Shown here in pieces: positions 51,799-64,000 of a DNA stretch of 64,000 nt. The notes under the pieces are model-generated. The model was not told the origin of the DNA, did not search any database, and saw nothing but the letters and a program-made list of their open reading frames with translations. Position 1 is the stretch's first letter, and each line of letters begins with the position of its first letter. Location: assembly GCA_002633005.1 (NCBI GenBank), contig NMRA01000088.1, positions 306,186 through 370,185 on the forward strand, given 5' to 3'. The position numbers and the translations under genes are program-made. This DNA is from Phoronis australis. Taxonomy: Eukaryota; Animalia; Phoronida.

Positions 51799-54700
51799 GC
51801 ACGCATGAGAGCATTTTGAGGCTCCTATTTCCGCTTCCTTCTTTTCAAAACTGTAAATAACTAGCCGCACACCCATTTAGTCAAAACTTCAGGGTTCTCA
51901 CATGATGTGCTCTTTCAACATGATATGAATTTTACTTAACAGAATTTGGTATAGAATATTTAAATTTATTCTGGTGATGCCACAGTCATGGCATCGTCAC
52001 GCATTAAGCTTCCACCTGGCGACTGAGTCGAAAACGAGGTCAGATTTTACCACACTAAGCTATGATCTAATTTATATTCGTATTTCACCATTTCAAACTG
52101 TCTCTTGTTTCCTCTCATTTTTTATATTTATAGACAAGTATTTATTCAATTACCGCTAAATGATATCAATTTCATACCGTTCCTTTTTGTATAACCCCGA
52201 TGATAGACGAAAATATTAGCACAGTTGAACTATGAAGCGAAACAAAGTGCTCTGCTCGAGAGACGTTGTAAGCAGTGGACATACGTTACGCCAGTTAAGG
52301 TTGCAAAAGCATATTTTTTATGGTTTAAATACACCAGTTGACCTCGTCCTTGATTTTAACCAATGGAGAACCAGATGTCATGTATGTTTACCATACTCTA
52401 ACGCTAATAGAGGCTGGATGTGTGCTAAGTCGTGACACGGAACTAGGCCTATACACAGATACAGGCCAGCGAACATTAGTGAGAACACGTACTTCGTTTG
52501 AAATGCACGATGATTTCTCGGAAGATTTGCGTGATCTCGTCAAACTCACAAGAAACTATCCGTACGGATCTAGCCGTGATTTGGAAAAATGTACAATTAT
52601 GTATAGTAAAAACAATTATATTATACAGGTCTGTAATTTATGAAGTTATCCTACTTTAGTAATCATCTCATTTGCTCGATGAGAATTGTAAACTCTTTAA
52701 AAATCAATTGAATTGAACAGAATTACAAAATTTAGAAAGTGTTCGAAAGTGGAAACGCGTGCAAATAGACGGCGTACTATTGCATTAAAATCGATCTGTG
52801 TTCATCAAAATAAAAAAATAAACTTCTATGATGTTTGAAGCAGCTTACTAACAGTAAGTTTCCTTCCACAGCCGAGCAGAAAATGGCCATAAAATACATA
52901 AAATAAACCCGTATGTGAATACACCAGGCACAGTCTATTACTTTAATGGCTTCTTATTACAAATATGCATAGAATTTGAAATTCACCACAGAATGTGGGT
53001 CCACCGTCTGCAATATGAACCAATCCTGATAACGGGGGCCTCGCTGCCTGCTTACTATCCAACCTGAGGGGCAGCTGCCCAACTAGGCAGCTGCACCACT
53101 GAAATTGCCAAGGATCACAGGTAGCTGTAGAAATTAATATTTTACACAAAGGGAATAACCTTAGAAGAAGGAATTTAAAACATATTCATAAAACAAATGA
53201 CAGACTTGATGCAATCACGTTTCAGCATTTTTACAAATCGACGTGTTTGCAAGCTTGCGAGTGGAGCTTACCGAAAGCTTCCGTCACATGTGCCTGACTT
53301 CGGAGTACTCTCATAACCAGGGTGGCTAAACAGGATCCTTACTTGCGTTGGGTCTATCTTTACTATAGAAAACAATGGTAGATCACTTTATTTGACATAA
53401 ACGCTGTAAATACCTTTCTTTTCGGCGCTTTTGTTGCCAACGTCAGTAATTGTCACCGAATTGTATTTTCCACAGCAAACATTTTCAAAAACATGTTTGG
53501 GGTAAAAATGTCCTGAAAATTTGCGCTTTTGTTAATAAGGACGACTGGAATGGGGGCGACATTGCACAGTATCACCACAGTATACTTAAAATCTAGGAAA
53601 AAACTACCGGAGTTTACTGCAGACAGTAACGTCTTTAGAGTCCAGTGTGCGCATAAGGAAATTTTTCGGCTGATACGCCCAGGGCGTGCATTCGGTAAAA
53701 TATGCGTGATTGGTACCCAAATTTTCCAGGGTTGTAAGCGTAAAAAATCTTTATCAAAATTTTCAGCTACTGCATGGTAGGGACAATCGGCAGTATTTTG
53801 TATTTACTCGGTGGATTCTTGGTTTCGTTTCAATTTGCTCAGGCAAATATTCGCCAGTTTCAAAAATGTTTGACTCTTATTTCCTAAACTAATATTTTCC
53901 GAATGTAGGCCCCGGTCTAGTCTTTAGATATCTCCGATACGAAGGAGGAACAAGGTGTATCTCAAACTTATCTTCAGCCGCACACCACCCTCAGATACTA
54001 GGTTGAGTACGCCCGAGGGGCTGAAGCATTCCACGTAGTTCCAACCATCTTCGTTCATTTGATTGGCTGTTGGTGTCCCGGTGGTATACTGTGATAATCA
54101 TGTCACGCGTAATGAGCAGACATTCGATCAAACAATCTTGCGTAAAGGCTTTTGTCGTGTACAGAGCGCTGTGACTAACTTCTTTTCATTGTTTCTCATG
54201 ACGATGAACAGGAAAGTGACGTAATTATTACATAACGCTTCTTTAGCCTAGTTACGCTTTTGTGTTAAGAAACAATGAATGACGGTCGTCTAGAGACTTA
54301 TTGTTGTCATTAGTAGCACTTGACAGTATAAGTCATTTGATGCTTTGCAAAAGTGTTTTCGGCAGTAGAAACTAGAGGTGATCGAATTAAATATAAACGT
54401 TCTTTAATATTCGCTTACTAATATGGCATTAAAATTACTGGACACGAAATAAGAAGATGTGATACCGGAGCATGACGTCATCAGCAATGGATTGATCTTT
54501 CACTGTTATTGCCACAAGTCCCCTGCGCAGTGAACTGTGGCTCATTTGGAGCTCGTCTGCAAACCTGCACTACGATCTGGCGGTATGAAACGAATAATTT
54601 TCCCACAAATTTTTACGCTGTTTTTTGTATGTCCATGAAAATATCAACTGCTTATCATTGTAATTCTGCAGATGATGTCGCCAGCTTGTTTTTTTTTTGT

Positions 54701-56613
54701 TTAATGATTATGTCGGTTTTTGTGAAAAGAAAAAACCTAGGCATCATTTACAAGATGGAACATAGAATCTAAATTATCACGTTGACATAACATATTTTGC
54801 AGGAAATGTCAATTAGTTTGTGGCGTAGATTTAAAAGATGCATTCGATGGCATGGCCCATTTTATTCAAGGCATTTCACCTCAATAGATACATAAACCAA
54901 GCACTGGAGGCCGACCTTTTCATTTGGTACTCTTAAAGGTATCCACGAACCAGTTAATCCCTTTTAGAGGGTATAGCATTAGTCTAACTTTTTATTAAGA
55001 ATTCAAAAAACATAGTAACAGTAGTAATTTACCACATCAGAGCAAAACCTCGCAAATTTCTCTATAATTGTGAGATTAACAGAGACACTCGCATACTTCA
55101 AATACATTGACAAGTGAATACCTTTGTGACCATAGACGTGCACTTTTACGACTATGGTTGTTGCATAGGTGCTACAATAATTTTGCACATCTACATTCTT
55201 TTGAAAATTCTTTGTTGATGTCTTTAACCAAACAAGTTCCTAAGAAAGCAAACAAGGACAACCGTTAATGTGTTTACTTTACTTAGTATATAAACATGAC
55301 ACAGAAGACAACAGATCAAATTGGTATCCCGTCAAGATATTTAGAACATTTCGCGACTACTGTAATTAACAACACAAAACCTTCTGTCATCGACGAAGGT
55401 GTCGGACTGAAATAGCGCTGGTTACGCAGGACCGACAATTCAAATATCTATAAAATCATTATAGATTTTAACTGTGTTAAAGTGTATATTTTCTGAATGT
55501 ACAAAGCCTGTAAAATTTGAATTTTTATTTTTTCCATTCTGTGGTCTAGAAGTCGTGTGCGAAAAATCGGAGTCTGTTGACAAGCTTTTATATGTAGACG
55601 GGACTTCCGGCTGTCACGGAACTGAGTCCTCTCTGATTACGTAAACACAGTTGGCACTATCAAGCTCAGGAAATAAAATCAATATAGCGTTGCTACAGCG
55701 GTTGGAAGGTCTCGCTCTCAGCCAGGGCAAGACATTGTTTTCGAAATGGAAGAAGCCATGTCTTTGACTGTGCATGTTTTGCGGTCACTGCAGCACCAAA
55801 TTGTTATCCTATCGGTGCCAAAGAATCAATTTATCGAGTACTCTTATTCATTTGAGGAATGTAATACTGAGAATATGGACGTTTACGGCCAAAAATGATC
55901 AACAGAGTCCACTGGTTGGAAAAATAAAACGTTGATGCGTGTTTGTTGAAAAAATTTGGAGAAAAAGGCAAAAAAAGGTAAACCAACAATTAACCTAACA
56001 CCCGTGAGTTGAGCCACATTTTCACTGAGCCCGAAACTCCCGGTTTAAAATTAGAACAAATATCTGGGATGCTGATTGCGTTCTTTGGATGCCCGACGTT
56101 TTATATTCGTCATCTTCAGTACTTTTCAGGACCCGGATGCACACAGATTCTGAATGCTCAAAAGTTACACACGACAACAACTTCACTAAAACCTTCTTAG
56201 TGCATGGGAGTCTATGCACACAGTACTTTTCTCTATTTGTAATATTTATTTCTTTTTGTAGCTACATTACGTACAATACACATTTCTTCTGCCAACCAAT
56301 CAGCTATTCGCATCTTAACTATTCAAGGAATGGCGAGGGGGGCACTTTCCAAAGAGCTCTTGAAATTAGGATTATTTGGTACGATGTTTACTTAGTCGGC
56401 CTTGTGTCATTTATTCAAGTGTCTTTAAAGAGGACAAATAAGCACCCACAATTGTCTAAAACACATTTTCTGATTAGTGTAATAATAGTACTCAAGACGT
56501 TAACATGTTCTGTTTCTCCAGAAATGCGTTGCTTTGCAAATCAGAGCTTCGTTTTGCAAAGCTACTTGTTTAATGCGAGATTCGACCTCAAACATTACAA
56601 TCAAAGGAGGGTA

Positions 56614-56743
56614 GAGTTCAGAAACACTAGGACCTCGCTAAAGTCTAGCCAAAATCGCATGTTCTCATTTGAAATACTCGGCAATCTCTCACGTAATCTC
56701 GCGAAGTCTTGCTTTTTCGCGAGGTCCTAATGTTACTGAACTC
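56614..56743. mobile_element. MITE family A copy 3 (inverted)
   Basis: GAGTTCAGAAACACTAGGACCTCGC / GCGAGGTCCTAATGTTACTGAACTC TIRs. Confidence 0.75.
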
Positions 56744-57720
56744 AGGGCTTTTGATCTCACAAGCATTACGGAACTGCCCCCGGTTCCTTAAGAGACTTCG
56801 AAACCTGACACCCCCTGCCAGGTGCAAAGTGTACTCCTCTGCCAGATGATTTTCTTTTCAGTATCACGACGTCTTTGTTGCTAACAAAGTATTTTAAAGG
56901 CTTGACGATCATTTGAAACATTTGCTCACGGCATACGCACCATACCATAGGCAAACTCCTGCGTGTCTATGTTGCGGGACTAACTCATTCCGGTTTTTGA
57001 CACATGAAGCTGGGTTTAAAAATTATATTTTCATATTATATCCAAGGGTGCAGTAATCGTGTGTGTACGTCTTATTCCGAACAATATATTTGCGAGAGTG
57101 ACATTAGATTTACACCGTGAATACAAGGCTGAAAATTAAAAAATAAAGATTACGAAAACGCAATAACATTGAAAATAAATTTCAATTGAAACTCAGCTTT
57201 AAAGACAGCAAAGACGACAACTAGTCTACTTGTAATTTATTATTTACTGACATACTATAGGAGACCTTTCATGACTACAGAGGGAAATTATTTTAATAAA
57301 TGTCATGCTTTGGTGTTTCACAACAAGGCAATAAAATTACAAACTCGTCATTTCATGCGGTTCTCATTGATTTCTTCGTATACTCAGGGAAAGATATAAG
57401 GTAACTAGGAAAACATGGATTTCTGCGAGCATTTTTGTTAGCCATCGTGTGAAGAGAAAATCGCCACAACAAAAACGGCACATTTAAATCAACGGATTAT
57501 CAAATAAGTTATGAAACAAATGAAAAGATAAATACTTGCAATCGGGTATATTTTTCTTTCTACCTTTAAAAGGCTGAATTTCAATTCAAATCCTATTCGG
57601 GGATCACGAACTTCCAATCTGAGATAAAGAGAAATTCTACGAGGCGTTGGTCACGAAGCCGATACTGATGATATCCTAGGGGATGTACTGAGGACATGCC
57701 GCTCAGATGTGTGTCCTTTG

Positions 57721-57877
57721 CAGTGGTGTAGTGGTAAAATTAGAGGTAAGTAGGCCCCCAAAGCCCCACCGTATCACCTTGAGCACTGAACGTGAGTTAC
57801 GGTGCGTAGGCGCTACGTTCAAATGCCAAAAGGTGGTTGGCTGTGCCTACGTGCGCCTACACCCCACTACAGCACTG
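57721..57877. mobile_element. hAT-type MITE with 8-bp TSD
   Basis: TIRs CAGTGGTGTAGTGG / CCACTACAGCACTG; TSD GTCCTTTG at 57713-57720 and 57878-57885. Confidence 0.88.
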
Positions 57878-58599
57878 GTCCTTTGTTTTCCCCCGAAATG
57901 TGCTTTATCTGAAAGGTATCTTGGGCTCACTTTGGGGCTGTTTGAAACTCAACATAAGCATGGCAGTATGACATCTCTTCTTATACGTTTACAGATTCAA
58001 TGAGTTAAACTACTGCAGTTCAGAAATACGTGGGAACGTGTCATGGAATTCAGCATTACAAAGTTGAGGGGCTTCACAATAAGCACGAACAAATGGGTGC
58101 CCCTTTCGAATCCACTCTGTAAATGGGTGGAATCCAGGTGTACCCTTCCAAAACAACTGTCTAGAATTTCCCCGGGGGATGATACTCTATCACAAATCAG
58201 CTACAGTCGTCACTGCACAGTTTGTCTTCGTTCTTGTTCCGACACAACGAGTGTTAATTCCGGCCAAAATGACAATGGCATCGACATCTGTGATGCGTCG
58301 ACAGGTGTTGACCGGCAGGAATTCGATCATCAATCCACACCAGTAGGCCTAACTCAAGCTGGAATTTTGGTCGCAAAATATATGCCGTTTGGACGTATTG
58401 CGTCACTGAATTGGACTCACACACACACCGCGCGCGCACGCAGTGACACACACGAACGCACACATGTACGCAGAACACACCGCAGGAATATAATGAATAA
58501 CTTAAGTCCCGATGTTAGTTTTTGGCGTAATAAGTAGTTGAAAACTGACAAGAACTGCTGATATTGTATTTACATAGATACAATAATATCCAACATTTC

Positions 58600-58840
58600 A
58601 ATGGTAAAAAGACGGGAATGTCGTAAAGAAAACATTGAAAATGACTGGAAAAAGAGAAAAAGGGGGGGGGACAAAAAAGACGAGGAAAACATAGAAATGG
58701 TTCGGAAAAACAGGAAAAGGACAAAAAACATTGCAAAAGGGCGGAAAAAAGGAGAAAGGGCGGGAAAGACATCAAATAGGAAAAGGGAAAAAACATAAAA
58801 AGAGCCGAAAAAAAAACATTGAAAAAGGACAAGAAAAACA
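58600..58840. repeat. Purine-rich (AAAG/AAAGG) low-complexity tract
   Basis: Direct reading. Confidence 0.65.
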
Positions 58841-59623
58841 TATATAATCACGGGAATTCATTTTTAAACCATGAAGTAGGACTACAGTTCATATATAGGA
58901 GATACATACAGATGTCAGTGCAATGTGGCTCCAATGCAATCGAAAATATTCAGTTCAGTGATGTCTAAGTACGGGGCTATAGCGGCAAGCCACGAGGGGT
59001 GCCAGTCAAATTCGATTTGATTTGTCGGTAACGCCTTTGATATCAAATGCACTATGCAAACGTAACACACCGAGGACTTAAGTAAGACTGAAAAAAAAAT
59101 TAAATAGTTTAAGATGAAAATATAAATATCATGAAAATAACATGCATGCTCGCCACCAGGGAACAACCCACTGAGTCAAGTGCCTGGCCTCATGCATCCA
59201 CAAATAAATCTGTTTTATAACTGCTTTAGAGAATTGGTGAGATATAATTTGTTTGGAAGTATTTAGATCTCTGGTGTCATTGGCCAGCAAGGGAATTCCG
59301 TGATGCAATGGAATTTTGGTACGTTTTGACAGAATGTATTTTGTAAACCGACCCCACTGCCCGGCGGGCGGGGCGCCGGCGACCCGGCCCACTACTTGTA
59401 GTAGGCCCTACGTATAGAAAAATAAACAAACGTATTTTTCGTATTATACATTCGTTGCATGCGAATGAACTGCTATAGAAACGAAGACGATGCTCAGTAT
59501 CGTGTTGATTAAAACACACAACTCTATAACTTGGTATCAAAGAACTCTTAGCTGTTCGTTGCGACAATTACGACTTTGAAAGGCCTCCGGTACTTGACGG
59601 TAATATGCCGCAAACAGTCCAAG

Positions 59624-59812
59624 ATGGCTGGCCACGGCCACAGTCACGGTGGAAGTTGTGAACACGAGCACGATAAAGTCGATTCTCTTGGCGACGCGTA
59701 CAGTCTGTACCTCAAAATCGATTTAGAAAAGGTGCAATGTTTAAATGAAGCAGTTGAAGGGTCTGGAAAGTACGTATTTAAGCCCTGGGACAAAAGACTT
59801 GACAAAGACAAG
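59624..59812 (+). CDS. PITHD1: PITH domain-containing protein 1, exon 1
   Basis: MAGHGHSHGGSCEHEH...YSLYLKIDLEKVQCLNEAVEGSGKYVFKPWDKRLDKDK; GTTAGT donor. Confidence 0.95.
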
Positions 59813-60094
59813 GTTAGTTCGAATTTCCTTTCACAATCACAGGCGTCTTCAGCTTCTGATCATCCCAATACACTATACTACAAGGTATGACGCTCGGGAC
59901 AAGGACTCAAGGAGTTCCACGGGTGCTTCACTTCAGCCGTCCATATCAAACACAAAACTCAATAAAATTACACAAAACAAGGTTTCAACAAACCATTAGT
60001 TATTGTTCTTTCTTCTAATACCATTCACGTTGTCGTTGTCCTGCTCCAGCGAGATGGCAACAAAGCACAAAAATGTTTCCAAAAAGCCCACAGG

Positions 60095-60650
60095 AGACTT
60101 TGATGTTTTAGTCAGTGTGAGGTATAATTTGCCGAAACGTTTCCAGTGTATGAAGTTCCTATAGGAGCTATACGGTCTCTACTGGCCCAGCTAGAGTAGA
60201 GATGGTGGTCACTGTCTATTTCTCAATCAGCTGACTGATTACATGTCCAACTGCACTGAGCTTAGCTTTTAAAAACAGGTACTTTGCATATACTTTGTAA
60301 TGGGATTTAGCAACTTTTCCCTGCAATGCCCTCCTATCCTAACTGTGGAAGAGCCCCTTAAGTTGACGACTGTGCACTTCTTCATAACTTGGAAGTTTGA
60401 GTACAGTCAGTAGAGTGTATGGTTCATGGGTGGATCACTTGAATGGAGGCTCTTTGTTGAAAAATCTGTCTGCCGACTCCGAGACTTGAACTGCAGTTCC
60501 CAGCACAGGACAGGATGCTTAGAATTTAGACAGTGCCACCGTCTCAACTGACCTTTGAGTCATAGAGGCAGTGAAGCTCCTATAGAAGCTTCATGGCGCT
60601 GGACGCTTTGCAACAAATTATGCCTCACACTGGAAAAAAAAACAAAGTCT
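60095..60650. mobile_element. Element with ~75-bp imperfect TIRs and an internal tRNA-like segment
   Basis: 60095-60169 matches the reverse complement of 60575-60650 (AGACTTTG..CAGTGTGAGG.ATAATTTG..CTATAGGAGCT). Confidence 0.65.
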
Positions 60651-60826
60651 TGCTGTTCTAAGTAACTTTTTCATATAAAGGGACACCTTAAGACGCTGTC
60701 GATGTCTTTGATTCCTTCCAACGTGAACAAATATTCCTGTAATCAAACATTTTTTTGAGCAGTCCTTCTTTAAAAATGATCAGTTGCCAATTTTGGCAAC
60801 TGATCATTTTTAACACTGCGCGTGCC

Positions 60827-61117
60827 AGGAGATATGATGTCATATCTCAGAGCGTGCAAAGGAGATATGATGTCATATCTCAGGGCATGCAAAGGAGATA
60901 TGATGTCATATCTCAGGGCGTGCAAAGGAGATATGATGTCATATCTCAGGGCGTGCAAAGGAGATATGATGTCATATCTCAGGGCGTGCAAAGGAGATAT
61001 GATGTCATATTTCAGGGCGTGCAAAGGAGATATGATGTCATATTTCAGGGCGTGCAAAGGAGATATGATGTCATATTTCAGGGCGTGCAAAGGAGATATG
61101 ATGTCATATCTCAGGGC
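60827..61117. repeat. 33-bp minisatellite x~9 (GGAGATATGATGTCATATCTCAGGGCGTGCAAA)
   Basis: Direct tandem copies; accounts for the RRYDVISQGVQ repeat ORFs. Confidence 0.95.
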
Positions 61118-61442
61118 AAGCGTAGTGGAGACCTGGGATTTTTACCAGGCTTCCAAGCCAAATATGATGTCGCCAAATAAAGTAATGTAACATGAGTCAA
61201 GTGTCCGAACTGTTTGGATACTGGTAATGTGAGGCAGTCGCCTGTTGACAAGCAGTTTGGAGAGTATTTATTTGATTGTACATCATTCCAAAAAGTCACA
61301 TACTCTTTACGCAACACTCCTTCCCCTTCCACGACACAGGCACGTGTCCCTCAGATCTCACGTGAAAAGAATCCTACGTTGACATCCTAACTGGGCAACT
61401 CGACTGGTTTGTTTCTTGGGATCTACCAGAGTTGATCAAAAG

Positions 61443-61795
61443 CACCATGCTGTTGTAGTTAATTACATTGCCTCAGGCTGCTGATGTTATCATTCCCTAG
61501 TAAATCAGACCCATCATACACACACCGGGGGCGACAATAGTATTTTTAAATTTCATTTTGAAAGTTTGTAAATAGCATATTTTAATAGTTTGTGAAAAGT
61601 ACATGTGATTAGGTTTTTGAATTTTGAAAATTGGACAAGAAATGTGACTGTTACAACCTAAAACGTTTGTTTAATGTTGCCACAATATGATCCTCATTAA
61701 TTCTGCTGGGTGTGCAACACAGTTAGGTCAATTACCAAACCAGCAGGCAGCAGTTGGGTTTTGAGGTAAGCCAAGTGTCATTGTACAATTCTTGG
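61443..61795. repeat. Interspersed repeat; inverted copy of 7705-8038
   Basis: See 7705-8038. Confidence 0.8.
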
Positions 61796-63229
61796 CTTGA
61801 GTAACTCCCTAGCGTTCTAGAATTTACCCTCAGGTATGCTCACACATCACCTGGAATTTGCCTTCAGTGCTGTGGATCCACCACCACCAGGTCATCCGCC
61901 TCTCTATCCAGATTCACCTAACTTTGGCATTGCTAAGTGTTGAAAAAATACATCAACACTGAAAATTTGAATCAAGTGTCCAAAATGTTCTGCTAGGAAG
62001 CAACTGCCTGTTGACCTTATTCACAAAGTTACCATTTTAAAAATTGCCTCTGTTTAGGTTTGATAAAAATGCATTTGAGATTTAAATGTAAAGAGGCATG
62101 TGGAAAATATCGTATTTCGTTCTGTGATTAAGCACGGAATGCATTGTTTTTTAAAACCTAAAAGGAGGCTCTATGTAATATGGCGACTGCATGAATCAGG
62201 CTGGTGATTTGGAGAGATGTTATTTGATCGTATGTCACGCCCTACCCTTGGACCTAGTGACAGTCACTCCAGGATTTGACGCTTAAAGCCTGATGTCAAC
62301 TCACCAAATGCGACCTCACTAAATTCCCAGACTGCCAAATAGGAAACGAGTTCACCAAATCTCGCTGGTAAGAGCTGAAAATGAAAAACTGGCTAACTCA
62401 AGAAATATCTTTCGGTGTACCCGAGATCAAGTTTTTTCAGGATTGTCTTGTGAGTTCAGTGACGACCAATTTCTACCTCTCGTGATCCAACATCCCACAT
62501 GCAGGCTCACCTGAGACACAAAAAAAACATGACCATTCACTTCTAATTTTCGCTGAATGATCTTTCGTCTATTTACTTCCTGTAGCATTTTGAGTACTTG
62601 CTCAGATATGGCATGGCGTCTTCATAGCGATCTTATGGTAGAGGTAAAAATAAATTCACGGACTACTAAACAAACTTGGCCCTGCCAGAGCTACGGAGAA
62701 GGAATGGTTTGGGGCTTGAACAATACACAGGCTCTGGTATGGGCAGTAAATTGGTGACGGGATTGCCTAGCGAATTGTAGGAATCTGGTGCCTAATGCTG
62801 GAGCTCTTGTGCGAAAGCAATTCTCACCTCTAACTGCAGTTAATATGCTTTTATGAATGTTTAATGCAGATATACCCTGAACCTGTATTTGCTAATTTGA
62901 AGAAATAATGTGCAATTTACACCACCCATTGCTATACAACCAATCACAAATTGTTTCTATTTCAGATGAGATATGGGGGCTGGGCTTGGAAAAACATGAC
63001 AGCTTATTATTGGTTAAGACACAAGATTGGCATGTGAAATGACCCTAGTGATACGCCCACTTCCAGTTCTTTCCAAGCTCAGAAACCGTGTGTTCGAATT
63101 TGTTTAGTAAAGAATTTGAGACCAATTTCATAATAGTAAGTCATGGAATCTAAAGTTAGATTATGGCCGCCTTAAAGCAGTCTGAGATCCAATGACTGAT
63201 GCTTGTAGCCTGCGTGTTCTGTTTTTCAG

Positions 63230-63273
63230 TTTGTTGAAAGCGATGCCGATGAAGAGCTATTATTCAACATACA
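63230..63273 (+). CDS. PITHD1: PITHD1 exon 2 (gene continues beyond the window)
   Basis: TTTTTCAG acceptor; FVESDADEELLFNI; GTATGT donor. Confidence 0.92.
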
Positions 63274-63657
63274 GTATGTATTGCAAAAGAACTGGGTGAC
63301 TTATGATCACAGTAAACATACAGTATGTATTGCAAAATAACTGGGTGACTAATGATCACAGTGAACATACAGTATGTATTGCACAAGAACTGGGTGACTA
63401 ATGATCACAGTAAACATACAGTATGCATTGCACAAGAACTGGGTGACTAATGATCACAGTAAACATACAGTATGTACTGCACAAGAACTGGGTGACTAAT
63501 GATCACAGTAAATATACAGTATGTATTGCACAAGAACTGGGTGACTAATGATCACAGTAAACATAAAGTATGTATTGCATAAGAACTGGGTGACTAATGA
63601 TCACAGTAAACATACAGTATGTATTGCAAAAGAACTAGGTGACTAATGATCACAGTA
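63266..63657. repeat. 49-bp tandem repeat x8 overlapping the PITHD1 exon 2 donor
   Basis: Unit AACATACAGTATGTATTGCA(A/C)AAGAACTGGGTGACTAATGATCACAGTA starting at 63266, 63315 ... 63609. Confidence 0.95.
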
Positions 63658-64000
63658 ACAAAGAATTATTGTCAGCTAATATATATCAATTGTATTTCTA
63701 CAGTCATACTACTATTAATCACATGACTGATTGAAAAAGTTTCACAGGAAACTAAAATTACAATTGGAAGGGTAATATTTACTATGTCTGAAGTGTTCAT
63801 CACATCTCTGTGTTTTTGCTAGTTTCTATTTGCTACAAAAACTCATTGTTTGGGAGACAGGTGTTATGAGGCGCAATTCCAGGATCACAACCAGGACACC
63901 GGTCAACAATGACTGAACATAGAGGGCACTGTACATGACTCCATTGCAGCTGTACAAAAATGATCAAACTGGAAGAATAACTCAGAAGTTCAGAACCCCT

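Noticed and set aside
56089-56730. 213-aa ORF
   Set aside because: No recognisable motif, composition not protein-like, and it runs through a MITE
60755-61190. Repeat-protein ORFs (RRYDVISQGVQ etc.)
   Set aside because: By-products of a stop-free 33-bp minisatellite, open in several frames on both strands, inside a PITHD1 intron
63266-63657. CRISPR-like regular array
   Set aside because: Units are contiguous near-identical repeats without unique spacers; eukaryotic intron; no cas genes

Overview
AT-rich, intron-containing animal genomic DNA, probably an invertebrate draft assembly, with N gaps at 4921, 8513, 26842-26977, 37763 and 42463-42465. Recognisable genes: UTP23 (3 exons, minus strand) head-to-head with EIF3H (7 exons, plus strand) across a ~250 bp bidirectional promoter; an SPSB3/SP555-like SPRY-SOCS box gene (minus, CDS in one exon); and the first two exons of PITHD1 (plus, runs off the right edge). 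The left 16.9 kb holds an unidentified multi-exon minus-strand gene that may be decaying. Introns and intergenic DNA carry many non-autonomous elements (TA-flanked and hAT MITEs, a CAC..GTG foldback with a 5-bp TSD, two HINE/DINE-like elements), a Penelope GIY-YIG fragment, a degenerate hammerhead-ribozyme pair and several minisatellites, one of which multiplies a PITHD1 splice donor. All calls come from manual reading; no searches were run, and I cannot claim a clearly new biological system.
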